DNA of 64,000 nt from Octopus vulgaris (Eukaryota). The stretch lies in NCBI GenBank assembly GCA_951406725.2, contig OX597818.1, positions 34,658,001-34,722,000 of the forward strand, in the 5' to 3' direction. The notes under the pieces were generated by a model. It did not search any database. It had not been told where the DNA came from and was given only the letters and a program-made list of their open reading frames with translations. Both the position numbers and the translations under genes were made by a program. Below are positions 11,440 through 25,751 of this stretch, piece by piece. Each line of letters starts with the position of its first letter. The stretch's first letter is position 1.

Positions 11440-12760
11440 TGTTTAACGTCTGTTTTCTATGCTGGCATGAATTGGACAGTTTGACTGGGGACTGGTTAGC
11501 CAAGAGGCCGCACCAGGCTCCAATCTGATCTGGCAATGTTTACACGGCTGGATGCCCTTCCTAATGTCAACCATTCCAAGAGTGTAGTTAGTATTTTTTA
11601 CGTGCCACCGGCATGGGAGCCAGTCAGGCAGCACTAACATCAGCCACAACTACAATTTCCATTGGATTATGATTTGATTTCTGCTTTGCTTTTGATTTTG
11701 ATTTTACTTGGCTCAATAGGTCTCCTCAAGTACAGTGTGTTGCCCGACAATTCAAAGGTACTTTTTGAATAGGCTGGTTCTGCAACACTGGTGTAGCCTA
11801 TGGCTGTGATCTCACTTTACTTACTAGGTCTTCTCAATCACAGCATATCTCCAGACATCTCGGTGTTTCGTCATTGCCTCTATGAGGCCCAACGTTTGAA
11901 TGCTTCTTATGTCCAACATTTCTCTCAGGGTACTTACACTCTGTCATGTGTGCACCCTGACATCCAGTGGATTATACTAGCTTCATTTCTTTCAAGCCCA
12001 CGCATGTCTTCAGCAGTCACAGCCCATGTTTCACTGCCATGTAACATGGTAGTTTGCACACATGCATCATACAGTATACCTTTTACTGTGAGCAAGAAGC
12101 GCTTTGTCACCAGTAGAGGTAGGAGCTTTCTGAACTTTACCCAGGCTATTCTTATTCTAGTGGCAATGCTCTCCGAGCATCCACCCCCACTACAAACTTG
12201 GTCACCTAGGTAGTGGAATTTCCAGTTGATCTCTATGTTTGAAGTCTGAAGATCCTCCTCCCTCTCATCAAATTTCTCAATGAGGATGTCCCTAAATCCC
12301 TGACCATGTGAAGGGTTTTTTAACTTCCAAATACTTCTTTTCTGGATAGGTCTGGTCCTTGGCATGTTTCTGGTCTTGAGTCTAATGTCACTAATAACTA
12401 GTCTATGCTGGGGGGGGGGGGGTACATTCTTCACCAGGGAGGGTCCTTGTATTTAAGACCAACCTTGCATCCTGCTGTCTGGTGAGGATGAAATCAATCT
12501 GGCTAGCAGAGCTGCCTGATTGATGGGTTATCAGGTGGCTGTCTGGCTTCCTGAAGTTAGTGTTGCATGCATCATAGAACTCCAGTAGCCTAGTTCCCTC
12601 TTTGTTTCGGGAACCAATTCCATGACCCTCGTGAACACTATGGAAGATACTGAACTGTCATCCGACATGCTCATTAAACTCTTCAGCCACAAAGATGAGG
12701 TCATTGCCACTCATCTTTGAGGTAGCCTGTTGAAGGATATCATAAAAGTGATCTTTCTGA
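11390..12760 (-). mobile_element. Internally deleted RTE LINE with (ATG)n tail
   Basis: APE endonuclease remnants (DHFYDIL...FNEHVG, QIDFIL, QHRLVISD) are fused directly to YLGDQV...RIRIAWVKFRKLLPLL...LHGSETW. 3' UTR at ~11440-11830; (CAT)n at 11390-11439. Confidence 0.9.
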
Positions 12761-15700
12761 TTGCTACATGCAAAATAAATCAGTGGGCATATGTATCTAG
12801 GCAACTGGATCAAATGGGATATATGTAAACACTTAAGCACTGAAACTGCAAATGAATAGCATTATGACAATGCTATGTTATTTAGAAATGTGCCTCTCCA
12901 TATTGACATGACCATCAAAGAAAATTTCTGAATATCATAAATCAAATATGAAGAAAAACCTCTGTACTTTGATAGACATGTATCTCTATTGTTTCTGACC
13001 TAAAATGTTGCCTCAAAGCTATCAAAATGCAAGGACTTTGAAATGGAAATATGGAAGGTATAGCGGGTGGAGGAGTAAAAATGGTATCGATGAACTGAAT
13101 ATGATAATTAAAAGAACATAAACAGAAACACTATACCATGACTGACCTGATAAAATAGTTCCATCAGAACCCCCCAAAAACGTGCAACTATGTACACCAC
13201 ACCTGGTATACAAACCACTTACCACATTCAGTTCAGTAACACAACCTTCACGCTTCATATTCCACACAAACCACAACCGGATATGAATTTTCATAATAAA
13301 CCAAAGCAACAACAAAATAACACAAGTAACAAATGAAACCCATTGCAATACAAAATAGAGGTAACTCAAATATTTTGATCCTTGAAAAATTGGTATAGCA
13401 TATAATTTAAAAATACAGAGGTATGAGTCAGTAAAAGACACACATAAAACTATGGAAAACAAAACAATATTTTAACAGTTGAACAAAATTTTCTTTCAAA
13501 GTATCTGTGGTGAAATGTCACATTCTTCTTCTCATCTCATATCCAAAGTTGTGAACTACAAATGATAATGATCATGATGATAATTTTTAACTTTGGCACG
13601 TAACTGGTATTTTATGGGGAAATTTATGTAATTAAATCAACTCATGTACTTAACTGATACTTACTTTTTTTGACACTAGAAGAATAAAAAGCAAATATAA
13701 GGATACCTTGATTACCATCACAGTATTCGAAGCATAAATGCATGTAAAAATCACCAATTCATGTCTAGACTTTGCAAAATTCTAAATTTTTAATTTTCCA
13801 AAATATGGGGTTGGAGGTACTTATGAAAATAGTTATAAAATAAGAAAGAAATATATATATATTGGAAGCAATTTTATATTTTTATAAGTTTATTCATTTG
13901 CATCAGTGTATTTGAAAGAATATGTTTTTATTGATTTTTAAAATATTATAAAAGGGGTGTTTGAGTTGATTTTTCTTTCATCTCTTTGTGCATAACTTTA
14001 TTGCAGCCGAGTGCATTTTCAACTTGTTTTCTGACTTGCATAATTTTCTTACATTCACATCTGCATCCATTATCATCTGCTTTTCATCTTCAAAAATTCT
14101 AAAAATAGTATTATGACTTTTAGTTGAGAATTCTTTCATCTACATCTCAGCTTCATTTGTTTATATTCACCATCATAAATCACCGTCTCCAAAAATGTTT
14201 CTGCAAGGTGTCTGGTTGCTTCATCTTAGTCCACACTTGTTCTTTACCCTATAATCCTAAACATGTGCTTTAATTTGTGCAGTTCTAAACATATAGAACT
14301 GTCCAGAACTTACAGAAAATATTTTGTTAGTTTGCCCTTCTGATTTGTTTTCTCAGTTTTCGTTGGATTGCTACAAACCGACTTATAGCTTTTGTTTTGA
14401 TGCGTATTTAACTTACTGGATATGTTTTTGATTGCAATCTCAAATCCAAGATATTCCATTTCACTTATTGTAGTACTTTGTTTTCTTGTTCGGAATTTTG
14501 ATTATGACACGACTCTTTGTAATCATTCTTTGTAAGTTTCAAGTTCTGAATTATATCATGCACCAGTGGTTCATTGGTAGGTTGCTGCCAGCCAAGTTTA
14601 GCTTTAGTAATACCACTTTCATGTTTGCTAATTATTGCTATTCTTCTCATCACTTTCACCACATTAATAAGGTTGTTCTCTCATTCAGAATTCATGCTAA
14701 TAAACTGAAGGCCTGAATATATATGTGTGTGAAAAATATTTGTAGACAACAGAAATAATGAAGCTAACTAGTTGTTGATATCATATAGTACATATCTAGG
14801 TGGTATGTGTGCTCTATGAAAATATGCCACACAACATTATTTCTCATTCCATTTACATACCACACACTGCTGTAAATTAGATTCATTTGCACAACTTTTG
14901 AATTCTGAGGATCAGCTGCTGACCACTTCAAATTAGGAACCACAGTATTCTAATCTGTGGTAATTGGAGTATCACTCTATTGTTTACAAATCTTGATACA
15001 AAGCTATTATTGGAAGGAGTATAATAAATTAAACCGACCCTAGAACTTGACTAATTTGTTTAATGGTACTAGTCGGTGGAAGGCAAAGCCAGTGCTCATA
15101 GGTTTCAACTTAGATATGACTAAATACTACATGGCACATTTTGTTTGACATTCTGTTGTTTTTGCCACTCCCCTGCTCTTACCATGCCACCTTTAAGTAA
15201 TAAATGTGTAAGAGTTGTAACAATGGTTTGAATACCAGACTAAATGTGCTACAGTATCTATCCAAATCTGTCCTTTTATCCATTCAACATTGATAAAATG
15301 TGCATGAATAATATATTGCAGTATATTGAGAGTATAAGCTCTTAACCTTATTGCATCTTAAAGTAAAATTCTTATAGAAATTTCCTGATTTATGACAGAA
15401 TAAGCAAAGGAAGCTATTACTCATTTCAAACCTATTTTCTAAAGTATTCCTATGTATACCTCAACAAATTCAGAAAACAAAGAAATTACAAAGTGTAGAC
15501 AATCCATAAGAAAATGCTATATTCTAGTCTTATATGTATGCATCCATGAGTGTGTGTGTGTGTCTGTGTGTACACAGACACACAGCCACACATACTTTGA
15601 AATGTACTTATAGAGAGACATATGCAATTGATAGACATGGTGTTAGTTCTAATAAGGTCTCAGTGAGAAAGAAATAATTGTTCCTTAAATAGGTATTGAA

Positions 15701-18700
15701 CTAAAATGTTTCAAGTGGAAAGTAATATGTTCAGCTCTTTTTCAATATCACAAGGGTATTACTGATGTACAGACTCTTTTTTTGGGTAGCACTGTGTGTA
15801 TATGTGTGTGTGTGTGAATGCATGTATATCAGTGTGAAAACAGGTGGCTTGTATAACATTTACTATTTATTGATAGTAATAACTATTATTGCTATCATAC
15901 TTGGACATGTGCTAGACTTAATGCCTTTTTGTATTTAAACTCTGCTCCCTTTACATTGCGTTTTCAAATTCTACCATAGTAGACTTTATTTTGCATCTCT
16001 TAACAGCCATACAATAGAAGTAATATATTGAGGTTGGTTCATTTGACTATGTAGCTATCCTCAAAAAACACTGACTTTCTATCTGCTTCAAAGAAACCAA
16101 TACTTAACATTTGTTTTGCATAAGTTCTATATTATTTATTTTCCTTTTTTGAATTTTTTTTTTTTTTGAGCAACATTTTAGGAACATTTTTAAACAACCA
16201 TACAGCCATTGTAAGAATGTTGTATTTGTTCATTCTACTTTTAGACTTGAAAAATTACTGCATTTAATTGTATATGTAATATAATTGAAATTGATTGCAT
16301 GACATCCTAGAAATATGTGCAACTGGAGATATGGAATTTTAACAGTGAAATATGTCATTCAATAATTTCTCAAACCTTCATATTGCACTAGTTTGTAAAT
16401 GCATAAATTTCTGTATTGAACCCACTCTGTTATATGGAACTGAAACTGTTTCCTTAAATATTTATCAGTTAAATCTTGCTAATGCAAGATTATACAAATA
16501 GTCTTTTTCACACCTTGTCATAACAAATTGACTCATGTTTATGCATCAAGTTAATGATATATAACATGAATCAAATGTACAGATGTTTCTGAACCTGAAG
16601 GAAGAAGAAATGGCTTGCTATTACTCATGGTGTGTTAAGTGTTGCTAAAAATGGTCAGCTTAACTTAATCATAGACTATAGAGAAATTTTCAAACTAAGA
16701 AAACTAGTTGACGTGTATAATTGGTACCATTGAGCTGTGATACTTGAATGCCTCACAGTTTACTTATCAGAATTTTGATTTTGATATCTATTGTGTAGCG
16801 AAGTTTCTGGCTCTGTAACCATAACTATGTTAGTGTAAGAGATAAGTAGATATTAAGCTTTACTTGCATTTATTCATGTAAATGGATATATGATTAACAA
16901 TATGTTGGATTTGGAAGTAAGAATAATGAGAAATTGAGAAGACATATTGGATGGTGGCACTTTTAGTACTTTTAGGGAAGCCAGAGAAGTATTGAAATGA
17001 AGTTATAAAAACACTAATAAGCTTTCTCAGTGATCTATTTCAAGAGGTTCTCTACATATTTCCTTTTGCAAGTTGTGATGTGTAACAGTGGCCTAGTCAA
17101 GATAAGAAATAACAGAAAATGTTCACATTTTTCTAAATATTTTTTTGTTGCTATTGTTGAGAAATTGTCTATTTTCAACTATTCTAATAATATTTCTGCT
17201 GTCATTGAATAGCTATAGTTATTTCTTATTGAACACATTTTTGCTATGGTGGTGTTGATAAATGATAGTGTGTTTGGAGGTGTGATCAGAAACGCAATGA
17301 ATTAAATACGAGTTTGATCCACTTGACCTAATATACCGTTGATATTTAACTTATCAACTCTGGAAGATGAAAGGCTAAGTTAACCATTAACCTTGGAAAT
17401 ATTAATTCTCAATACTTTAAATCGAATCTACTTTTCAAATATCTTATCTTGGTGATTTTTATCAGTGAGTTATACTGCTAAATGTTCTGTCTCATCTCTT
17501 AAAAACACTTGTATACAATACTTAAAACTATTATAAATAAGGCTATGAAGACGATTGAAACTAAATGATAGGAAATAATAGTTTTTAAAAAGAACATGTA
17601 TCTGTAATGTATCATAGAGTAAGTTAAACAACTGTAGTTTTTTTTTGCTTTATTTTTTTTACTTGTTAGAAATTAAAATCCATTTTGCTCAACAAAGTAG
17701 GATTGGAGCTCAAACCAAATCTAAATAAAATGCAATACATATTTTTTCTGACAAATTCTACTTTGAAATTTTGTAAAATAGTTTTTTGGAAAAAATAAGC
17801 AAATATATATGAATGATAATTGACCTGATAAAACTGTACTGTGATAACTTACTTTTTGCTGAGGCTGCTGTAACATTACCATTTCTATTTTGCATGTCTC
17901 TGCCTACCACCATTAGATCTTAATCTAAGATAGTCTTCTGTTTATTTCCTGGCTCCTCCATTATATCATCTACTTTGTATTGAATGGTTGCCATTTCAAA
18001 GTGTGATATAGTCATGTAATGTACTTTATTTTCTAAATATTTTTGTTAATAGCACTTTTCTCTCTTCTATTTTTTAAGTAGCTGCTAACATTGTGTAATG
18101 TTCAGACTTTTTTTCTTATTACACAGTGAGAGCATAATAGCTATTTCAATAACAATTTCTTATATTGGCACAAATCCACTAATTAAGGATAGAGGAAGGA
18201 AGAAAAGCAAAGTAAATCCAGACATGACTTGAACTCGAAATGTTGGAGCACATAACGAAATACAGCAAAGCATTCAACCTGTTGTCGTACAGTTTTGTAA
18301 TTTCTCCTGAAACTGCAATGAATTACAAACATAATCCTACAAAGTCGCACAGTGTAGTACAATATTATACAAAATGGACAAAAAAATAAAAATAGGACAT
18401 GATATAGAATGTACATGTGATGCAGAGGCTGAATGGACATCCTCAGTACACAGAGCTGATATCCATTGCACTACCAACTCATTGAAGTTTGGAAATAATC
18501 TTCATCTAAAAGTCCTCTGGGAGAGGTTATATGTAATTCTACATTGTTATTCATGATTACCCCAAAGAAATCCTCATGCTTTCAATTACACTGCTGAAGA
18601 TGGTTATTCCATCAACTGCATTGTTTAGTTAGTAAATGGCTATGTATCTGATTGTATTTCAGGTGCCATGTTTACTTTTTATTTTCCAAAAGGGTAACTA

Positions 18701-19006
18701 AAATTTTTTCTTTTAAGTACAATCTGATATTATTGGAAAAGTATATAAAGATACCTCTATTATATTTAAACCTTGTGAAAATAGTCAGAAATAAAGACAT
18801 CACATCAGTGTTGTTAATTTTCATTGTGAAACAGGTGTAAATCTCTTTATGGAGTCAGCGAACTTTGATTGGTGAAGGTTTATATTACAAGTCTCAAAGG
18901 TCCTTAACAAATGACAATATAAACTAAGGTTATAAACGATTGATACTGTGGTTGTGTGTGCACATGTATGTCTACATATGTGTGTGTGTGTGTGTGTGAG
19001 TATTTT

Positions 19007-20378
19007 TTAGGTTGTTCAGAAAATAATGTCCAATTTTAGTATAAACTGTGTAAATTCTTTTCTGATATATTATTTTAATTGTAGTTGTATAAAAAATTCA
19101 CCTCCACAATCGATAACCAGCATCTGAAAACACTCATCAAACAAAACCCACATCAAAGTATCAGTGAAATGTCTCATGCAATGGGTGTTACTATTTCAAC
19201 TATATCAGATCATCTCAAGAAAATTGGCAAGATGAAGAAACTTGATAAATGAATTCCACATGAACTCAGTGAAATCCAAAGAGTTCGATGTTTTGAAGTG
19301 AGTTCAATCATTCGAAGTTTGTTCAATGCTATTTCTATGGACCTCAATCCATTTTTTGATCAAATAGTGACTTGTGACAAAAAAAATGCATCCTTTTGTG
19401 ACAATCATAAATGATCAGCTCAATGGCTTGATCATGATGATGCACCCAAACACTTTCCAAAATCGAAATTGCATAAACAAAAGATTATGGTGACTGTCTG
19501 GTGGTGGTTTGCCATTGACATTGTCCATTACAGCTTTCTGGAATCTAACCAGAGCATCATTGTGAAAATTTACTGCCAGCAACTGGATGAAATGCATGTT
19601 CAGTTAAGCAAAATGTGTCTGGCTCTGGTTAATCAATGAGGTCCAATTCTGCTTCAGGATAATGCTTGGCCACATGTTGCCAGGATGACACTGCAGAAGC
19701 TCACTGACTTGAGATTTCCTGAGATCAAAACTTTTAGAGTTTTATTGTACAAATATAAATAAACTCGTTAATCAATGGCAGATATATACAGATCTTCTAT
19801 CTTTTATGTTTTATGTGTTTCAGTCATTTGACTGCGACCATAGTGGAGCATGAACTTGAAGGGTTTTAGTTGAACATATTGACTCCAGGACTTATTTCCT
19901 TAAGCCCAGTACTTATTCTATCAGTTTCTTTTGCTGAACTGCTAGATTATGGGTACAAACACAAAAACATGCACCTCCCTGTTTATTTTTGTGTTCCTTT
20001 CTGTCAAAGAGCGAAGGCTTAAAGCGTAAAAGACTTTCTCACTTCCCGAGCATTAAACTAATACATCTGTTTGTTGTTTACACACTCATTTTCATCTTTT
20101 GTTTTTTTGTAAATTCTCACTATATATACATATACATATATATATATATATATATAAAACTGTTTTTTTTTTATATTCCGTCTACCAAATCCACTCACAA
20201 GGCTTTGATTAGTCCAAGGTTATAGCAGAAAACACTTGCCCAAGGTGCCATGCAATGAGTTTGAACCTGGAACCTGTGTTCATGGATCATATTTTGACTT
20301 GTTAAAACACTGTTTAAATTCATTAATTTAGGAATAAATGTTTATTCTAAAATCAGACATTATTTTCTGAATGACATT

Positions 20379-20379
<1 letters not shown>
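19007..20379 (+). mobile_element. Defective mariner (Hsmar1/cecropia-like) with both TIRs
   Basis: Left TIR ttaggttgttcagaaaataatgtccaattttag (19007-19039) is inverted at 20347-20379. Motifs *IPHELSE, IVTCD, KIMVTVWW, YCQQLDEM, LLQDNAWPHVA. Confidence 0.9.
19805..20275 (-). mobile_element. SINE family A nested in the mariner
   Basis: Tail gtttcagtcatttgactgcgacc at ~19817; head-side aacacttgcccaaggtgcca at ~20231; extra insert at ~19970-20120. Confidence 0.85.
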
Positions 20380-20435
<56 letters not shown>

Positions 20436-20503
20436 ATGCGTGTGTGTATATATATATGTGTGTGTGCATGCGTGTGTGTATATATATATGTGTGTGTGTG
20501 TGC

Positions 20504-20537
<34 letters not shown>

Positions 20538-20580
20538 GTATGTGTGTGTGTACATATATGTGTGTGTGTGTGTATATATG
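20380..20580. repeat. Compound (TG)n/(TA)n microsatellite
   Basis: Seen directly. Confidence 0.95.
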
Positions 20581-21094
20581 GTTTGGTTTCTTTCATATTT
20601 TGCTTTGTTTATTTAGTGGAAATGTATAGTTTATGTTAGTCTGAAACCACATTGTTTGGGAAATTTATAGTCAGTATTGGTCATTACTTTCTCATCTTTT
20701 TGTTTTTGACATATGTTGGCCTTAGTTTCACCAGAAAACTGTCAAGTATTTTCACATAAATTGTACTCTAACAATGAATTGCATTTCTTCAAAATAATAT
20801 AACCAATAATTATCCTTGTTTCTGCTTTGTTTACTTTCCATGCATCTTCAACTATTTTCTTCTGAGAATTTCAAAGATATAAAATAGATATATGCATTAT
20901 TTATCACATCAGTATATTAAAAAATAGACCTCCCCCCCACCAAAAAAAACAACTCCAAACCAAACAAAACAAACAGAACAATTCTAATCTCTTTTTGTTC
21001 ATGTTCCATTATCTCTCTGTATATTTATGTAGGTCTTCTACGTCTTTTAATTCATTTCGATTTTTATGATTTCAAAGATATAAAATTAGTTTGC

Positions 21095-21113
21095 ATATAT
21101 ATATATATATATA

Positions 21114-21158
<45 letters not shown>
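21095..21158. repeat. (TA)n(TTA)n microsatellite
   Basis: Seen directly. Confidence 0.95.
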
Positions 21159-21300
21159 GTGTTTAATGAAAGCAAAATTCTCTGTGCTTTCCACATTCTG
21201 GTTTACCATTTACATATAGGTTAAAGTTTCACAGCATTGCCATGACATTATGTTAAGGAACTTCATCTGCTGAAGATATGAAATATTTATAAGATGTTAA

Positions 21301-21332
<32 letters not shown>

Positions 21333-21449
21333 TGGTTTCTTGTTCAAATATAAGGAAAGCAATATTGAGGGGAGGGCATTTGTTGATTAGATTGACTCCA
21401 GTGCCAGCACATCATCATCATCATCCTTTAACATTCATTTTCCATTCTT

Positions 21450-21660
21450 GCCTGAGAGAATTGTGAGAGCATTGATAAAAAAAAAATATGTTGTAATATT
21501 TATCCCAACTCTTTGCATTGTGGGTTCAAATCTTGTTATGCTCAACTTTGCTTTTCATCTTTTCAAGGTCAATAAAATAAAGTACCAGTCTAATACTGGG
21601 TGAATGGTATTGACTAACTACTTCCCCCACACAATTGCTGGTTTTCCACCTAAATTAAAA
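21450..21660 (+). mobile_element. SINE family B (degenerate)
   Basis: gggttcaaatc...caactttgcttttcatcttttcaaggtcaataaaataaagtaccag. Confidence 0.75.
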
Positions 21661-22405
21661 TCATCACATCATTTTACATCTGTTTTCCATGTTGGGGTAA
21701 ATAGGATGGTTTGACAGGATTCAATGAGTTCAAAGACCATGTTTTATTTGACTGTTTCTTTCATGACATATTGTTTATGGCTGGTACCCTTCCTAACATT
21801 AATCTCTTTACTGAGTGTACCAGATACATTTTTATCATCACCCCGGCATTATCATAGTTGCCTTGCTATCAGCAAGACTAAAGAACCCTCTCAACCCCAG
21901 CAATATCACTGTATGAATCAATTACACTGTGTCACACAATTTTTGTCCTTGGTAGCAACTGTTATTTCCTACTTGCTCACCCTTAGAAAGTATGAAAAAT
22001 GGCTGATATTTCCTTCAAACTTTGCTTTTGTTACATTTATTCAAATCCCAAAGAATCTCTCTCAACACATTGGTATGATACTCCCTCGCTACTCCTGCTC
22101 ATGATCAGTGATGCACATATTGTCAGCCACTAAGAGACATGTCCAAGTGGTTAAGGTCAAGCAACTGACAAACAAATCTGTGGTATTGACCAGAATATCT
22201 TCTATAATGATATTTCTGCTTCAGTAACTCAGCACTGAATCTGTTTGAAATGTAATGGAAAATAGGTCAGTTTCAAAACATTGATGTCCAAGTCACAAAA
22301 GCAAAGTTTGAAGGGAATAGTAATTTCCTTCGATTACTAGATAATTAAAAATTAAAAAAACTTAAAAGAATATATATATATATATATATATATATTCTTT
22401 TTTAT

Positions 22406-22802
22406 TCTCTTACTTGTTTCAGTCATTTGATTTAGGCCATGCTAGAGCACCGCCTTTAGTCGAACAAATTGACTCCAGGACTTTTCTTTGTAAGCCTAGT
22501 ACTTATCCTATCAGTCTCATTTGCTGAACTGCTAAGTTATGGGGACATAAACACACCAACATCCATTGTCAAGTGATGGGGGGGGGGGGGACAATAACAG
22601 ACTCACACACACACAAATATATGTATATATATATGTATATGATGGGCTTCTTTCAGTTTCTGTCTACCAAATCCACTCAGTAGGCTTTGGTCAGCCAGAG
22701 GCTAAAATAGAAAACACTTGCCCAAGGTGCCACACAGTGGGACTAAACCTGGAACCATGTGGTTGGGAAGCAAGCTTCTTACCACACAGCCACTCCTGCA
22801 CC
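22406..22802 (-). mobile_element. Full-length SINE family A
   Basis: Near-complete match to 56003-56399, including the tRNA-like head (ccacacagccactcctgcacc on +). Confidence 0.92.
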
Positions 22803-23109
22803 TATAGTAGCAAATAGGAAATAACACTTATTGACCAATGACAAAAAAGAAAAGAAAACAAAAGAGGTTTTGTTACACAGTTGTATTAATGACCTGCAGA
22901 GTTTTTGTGGCATCTGCACTATTGGGATTGCCTTGCAGCTTGCAAAATGAAAGAAAGCTTCATGATAGATGGAACTGATAGTAAGAGTATGGCAAAAGAG
23001 GAAAAAACAGTATTGGGATGGGAGTAATGGAGGCAGAGGAGTTAGGAAGGGGAAGAATATTAAAAAGAGCAACAATAGTAATAATCCTTTTTACTTTTTT
23101 TTTTTTATA

Positions 23110-23800
23110 GGCTCAAGGCATAAAATTTTGGTGGAAGGGACTAGTCAAATATGTTGACCCCCGTGTTCAATTGGTACTTATTTCATCAACCCTAAAAGGA
23201 TGAAAGGCAAAGTTGACCTTAGTGGAATTTGAACCCAAAATCTAATGAGCTGGAAGAAATGCCGCTAAGCATTTTTGTCTGGTGTGCTAATGATTCTGCA
23301 TGAGCACCACCTTAATAATGATAAAAATAATAACAATTATTATTATTTCTGCTATAGATACAAGGCCTGAAAATTTGGGGGAAGGGGCTAGTCAATTACA
23401 TCAACTCCAGCATTTCATTGGTACTTTATTTTATCAACCCCTGAAAGGATAAATGATAGAGTCAGCCTTGGCATAACTGGAACTTAGAATGCTGCTAAGC
23501 ATGTTGTCCAGTGTGCTAACGTTTCTGCCAGGTTACTTCCTTAATAACAACAACAACTACAATAATATTATTATTATTATATAAGGGCAGAAGTATGTTA
23601 AAATTGGTAGAGCATTGAATTGTATGCTTTGCACTATTTGTCAGTATCCCTTTATGTTTTGAGTTCAGATTCTGCTGTAGTAAACCTTGCTTTTGTTCCT
23701 TTGTATATGGATATAATATATATCCAGTCAAGTACTGGAGGCAATAGTTTCGATTTTACTCTCTTCCAAAATCTGTAGATTTATGCCTATATAGAAACTG
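23110..23800. mobile_element. Cluster of three family B SINEs (-, -, +)
   Basis: Minus copies at ~23110-23310 and ~23350-23535, plus copy at ~23600-23800, separated by (AAT)/(ATT)-rich spacers. Confidence 0.8.
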
Positions 23801-25082
23801 ATTATCACTATTTTTATCCGTATGGGATAGTGCTTAAATGGCAGAAATAGTTTGGGTTAAATTACCTTTCAATGATTAGTTTTTGCCTCTCAAAATTCAA
23901 ATCATAAAGTTATCAACTTTGCTTCGTTCACTTTGGAATCAATAATTGCTTGTAATACATTGAAGTTTTAACTGATTTACCTTACCAATTTTTGGTTGTG
24001 ATAAAGTTAGAAATCATTATTATTACTATTATCTATATTCATTTAAGAAATTTAATGGATCTCATATCACTTCAAAATTGAAAATGTTTTTGATGTACAT
24101 CTGAGCAAGAAAGGCAAAATATAGTAACTAGATATATAAAGTTTTTGATATATGGTCAAATACTCATGATTTTTTGTTTGTGGTATGGCTATGTTATAAG
24201 AGCACATGTATGTAATTGCTTCATTCTATTCTGTTGAAATATTCAGATAGCTTTTCTTTGTTTATCAGAAACTGTCTATGATTAGAAAGACAGTCTAACT
24301 CTAAAACACTTTCAGATTTGCTAAATACCTGAATTTGTAAACATTCATGAAAATAAGTCAACAAACACTAGTAACTTAACAACAAAACAGATTATCTATT
24401 CAAGAATCCATTACTTAACATCCTACAAAACTATGGAAAATGTGGGATGAGTGGTTTAACAAAAAGCTCAAGAATATGTATCTAATAGTACAAACATTTT
24501 TATGTTTTGAAGTAACTGTATGATGATCAGCTTTTGAGATCATCACGATTATTAAATGCTGACACTACATTCTGAAATGTTGAGCTGAGCACTTTTAGAG
24601 CATTATCTGTAGATCATTTTCAATGATAAAAAAAAAAAAAAAATAGAAGAAAAAGAAGTTGTCGATTGGGTACTTTTAGTATATATCAATATCAGGATTT
24701 ACTACCAATGAATGCACCAAGTTTGGCAGGCGAACAAAATTTTATTACTCTGAATACATTTAGATATTTAGTATTCCAGGTGACAGATGGTAGATAACAC
24801 GTATCAAAGAATGCTTTCTCCTTATCAAGTGAAAAAAGAAATTACCATATTGATCTTTTGTCAGCATGGAGTTAAATCAAATTTGTCAAAAACATGAGAT
24901 ATACTTGAACACCTAGAAACATCATGAACAACACCAAAAACTATGATTTATAGCATTTCTTTATGATAATGTTTCATCTCCTACTGCAGGATTCTGTACC
25001 AAGATGTAGTTTTATTTTATATTTATTACTTTTACACTTATTAAACTTAATACTGTTCATACAACAAAATTGATGATGATGA

Positions 25083-25132
<50 letters not shown>

Positions 25133-25709
25133 TTGAGTTGTGGTGGTTTTTAAGTTTTTAGATTTTGGGAGTCAGTAAGTAGCTGCAATACTAGGATTTA
25201 GTAGATTAATCTATACTAAGATTTATATCATTAAAATCTTTTAGAGGAAGTTCCTTGTCAGTTTCTGATGAAAATATTGAAAACAAAGGAATTACAAAAA
25301 ATATCTTTGTTCAAGAGTTGACAAATAGAAACAGCTCTTTGCACACCAGGATATAATTACTGTGTTAACAGGTCAAATGTAACACCTTGTGAAATGAATC
25401 CTTTTCATAATGGAGCTTAGAGCAGTATATATCATCATCACTATTATTTTTAATGCTTTGCTTGCATGGGTCAAACAGAATTTGTCATGGTAGATTTTCT
25501 ACAGCTCAATGCCCTTCCTTTACCAACCCTCACCTGTTTCCTAGTAAGTTAATGTTTCTCTTGATCAAATGTTTTCACAGAAGAATTGAAATGAAGGTCT
25601 TCATTTGCATGTTGGCAACATCTGTTTACTACTATCATGTGATCTCAAGGCAAGGAGACAATAACACACACATACCTGCCAGCATGGAAAATGGATGTAA
25701 ATGATGATG

Positions 25710-25749
<40 letters not shown>

Positions 25750-25751
<2 letters not shown>

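Noticed and set aside
12860-13560. 146-aa minus-strand ORF (13022-13462) and A/C-rich plus strand, possibly a LINE ORF1 remnant
   Set aside because: No recognisable motif on either strand; the ORF is explained by compositional skew.
13700-14720. Possible decayed DNA-transposon coding remnant on the minus strand
   Set aside because: No TIRs, TSD or catalytic motif could be identified with confidence.
18374-18556. 60-aa ORF MDKKIKIGHDIECTCDAEAEW...
   Set aside because: No splice signals framing it and no recognisable homology.
19995-20040. Second possible Penelope-type hammerhead (ctttctgtcaaagagcgaaggcttaaagcgtaaaag)
   Set aside because: Both the CUGANGA and GAAA core elements are absent in this copy, so it cannot be supported from the sequence alone.
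24520-24590. C/D box snoRNA-like motifs (ATGATGA...CTGA)
   Set aside because: No terminal stem, the C box is sequestered in a local hairpin, and no guide complementarity was recognised.
25265-25290. CTGATGA-aaatatt-GAAA hammerhead-like core
   Set aside because: No credible stems I or III; expected by chance in AT-rich DNA.
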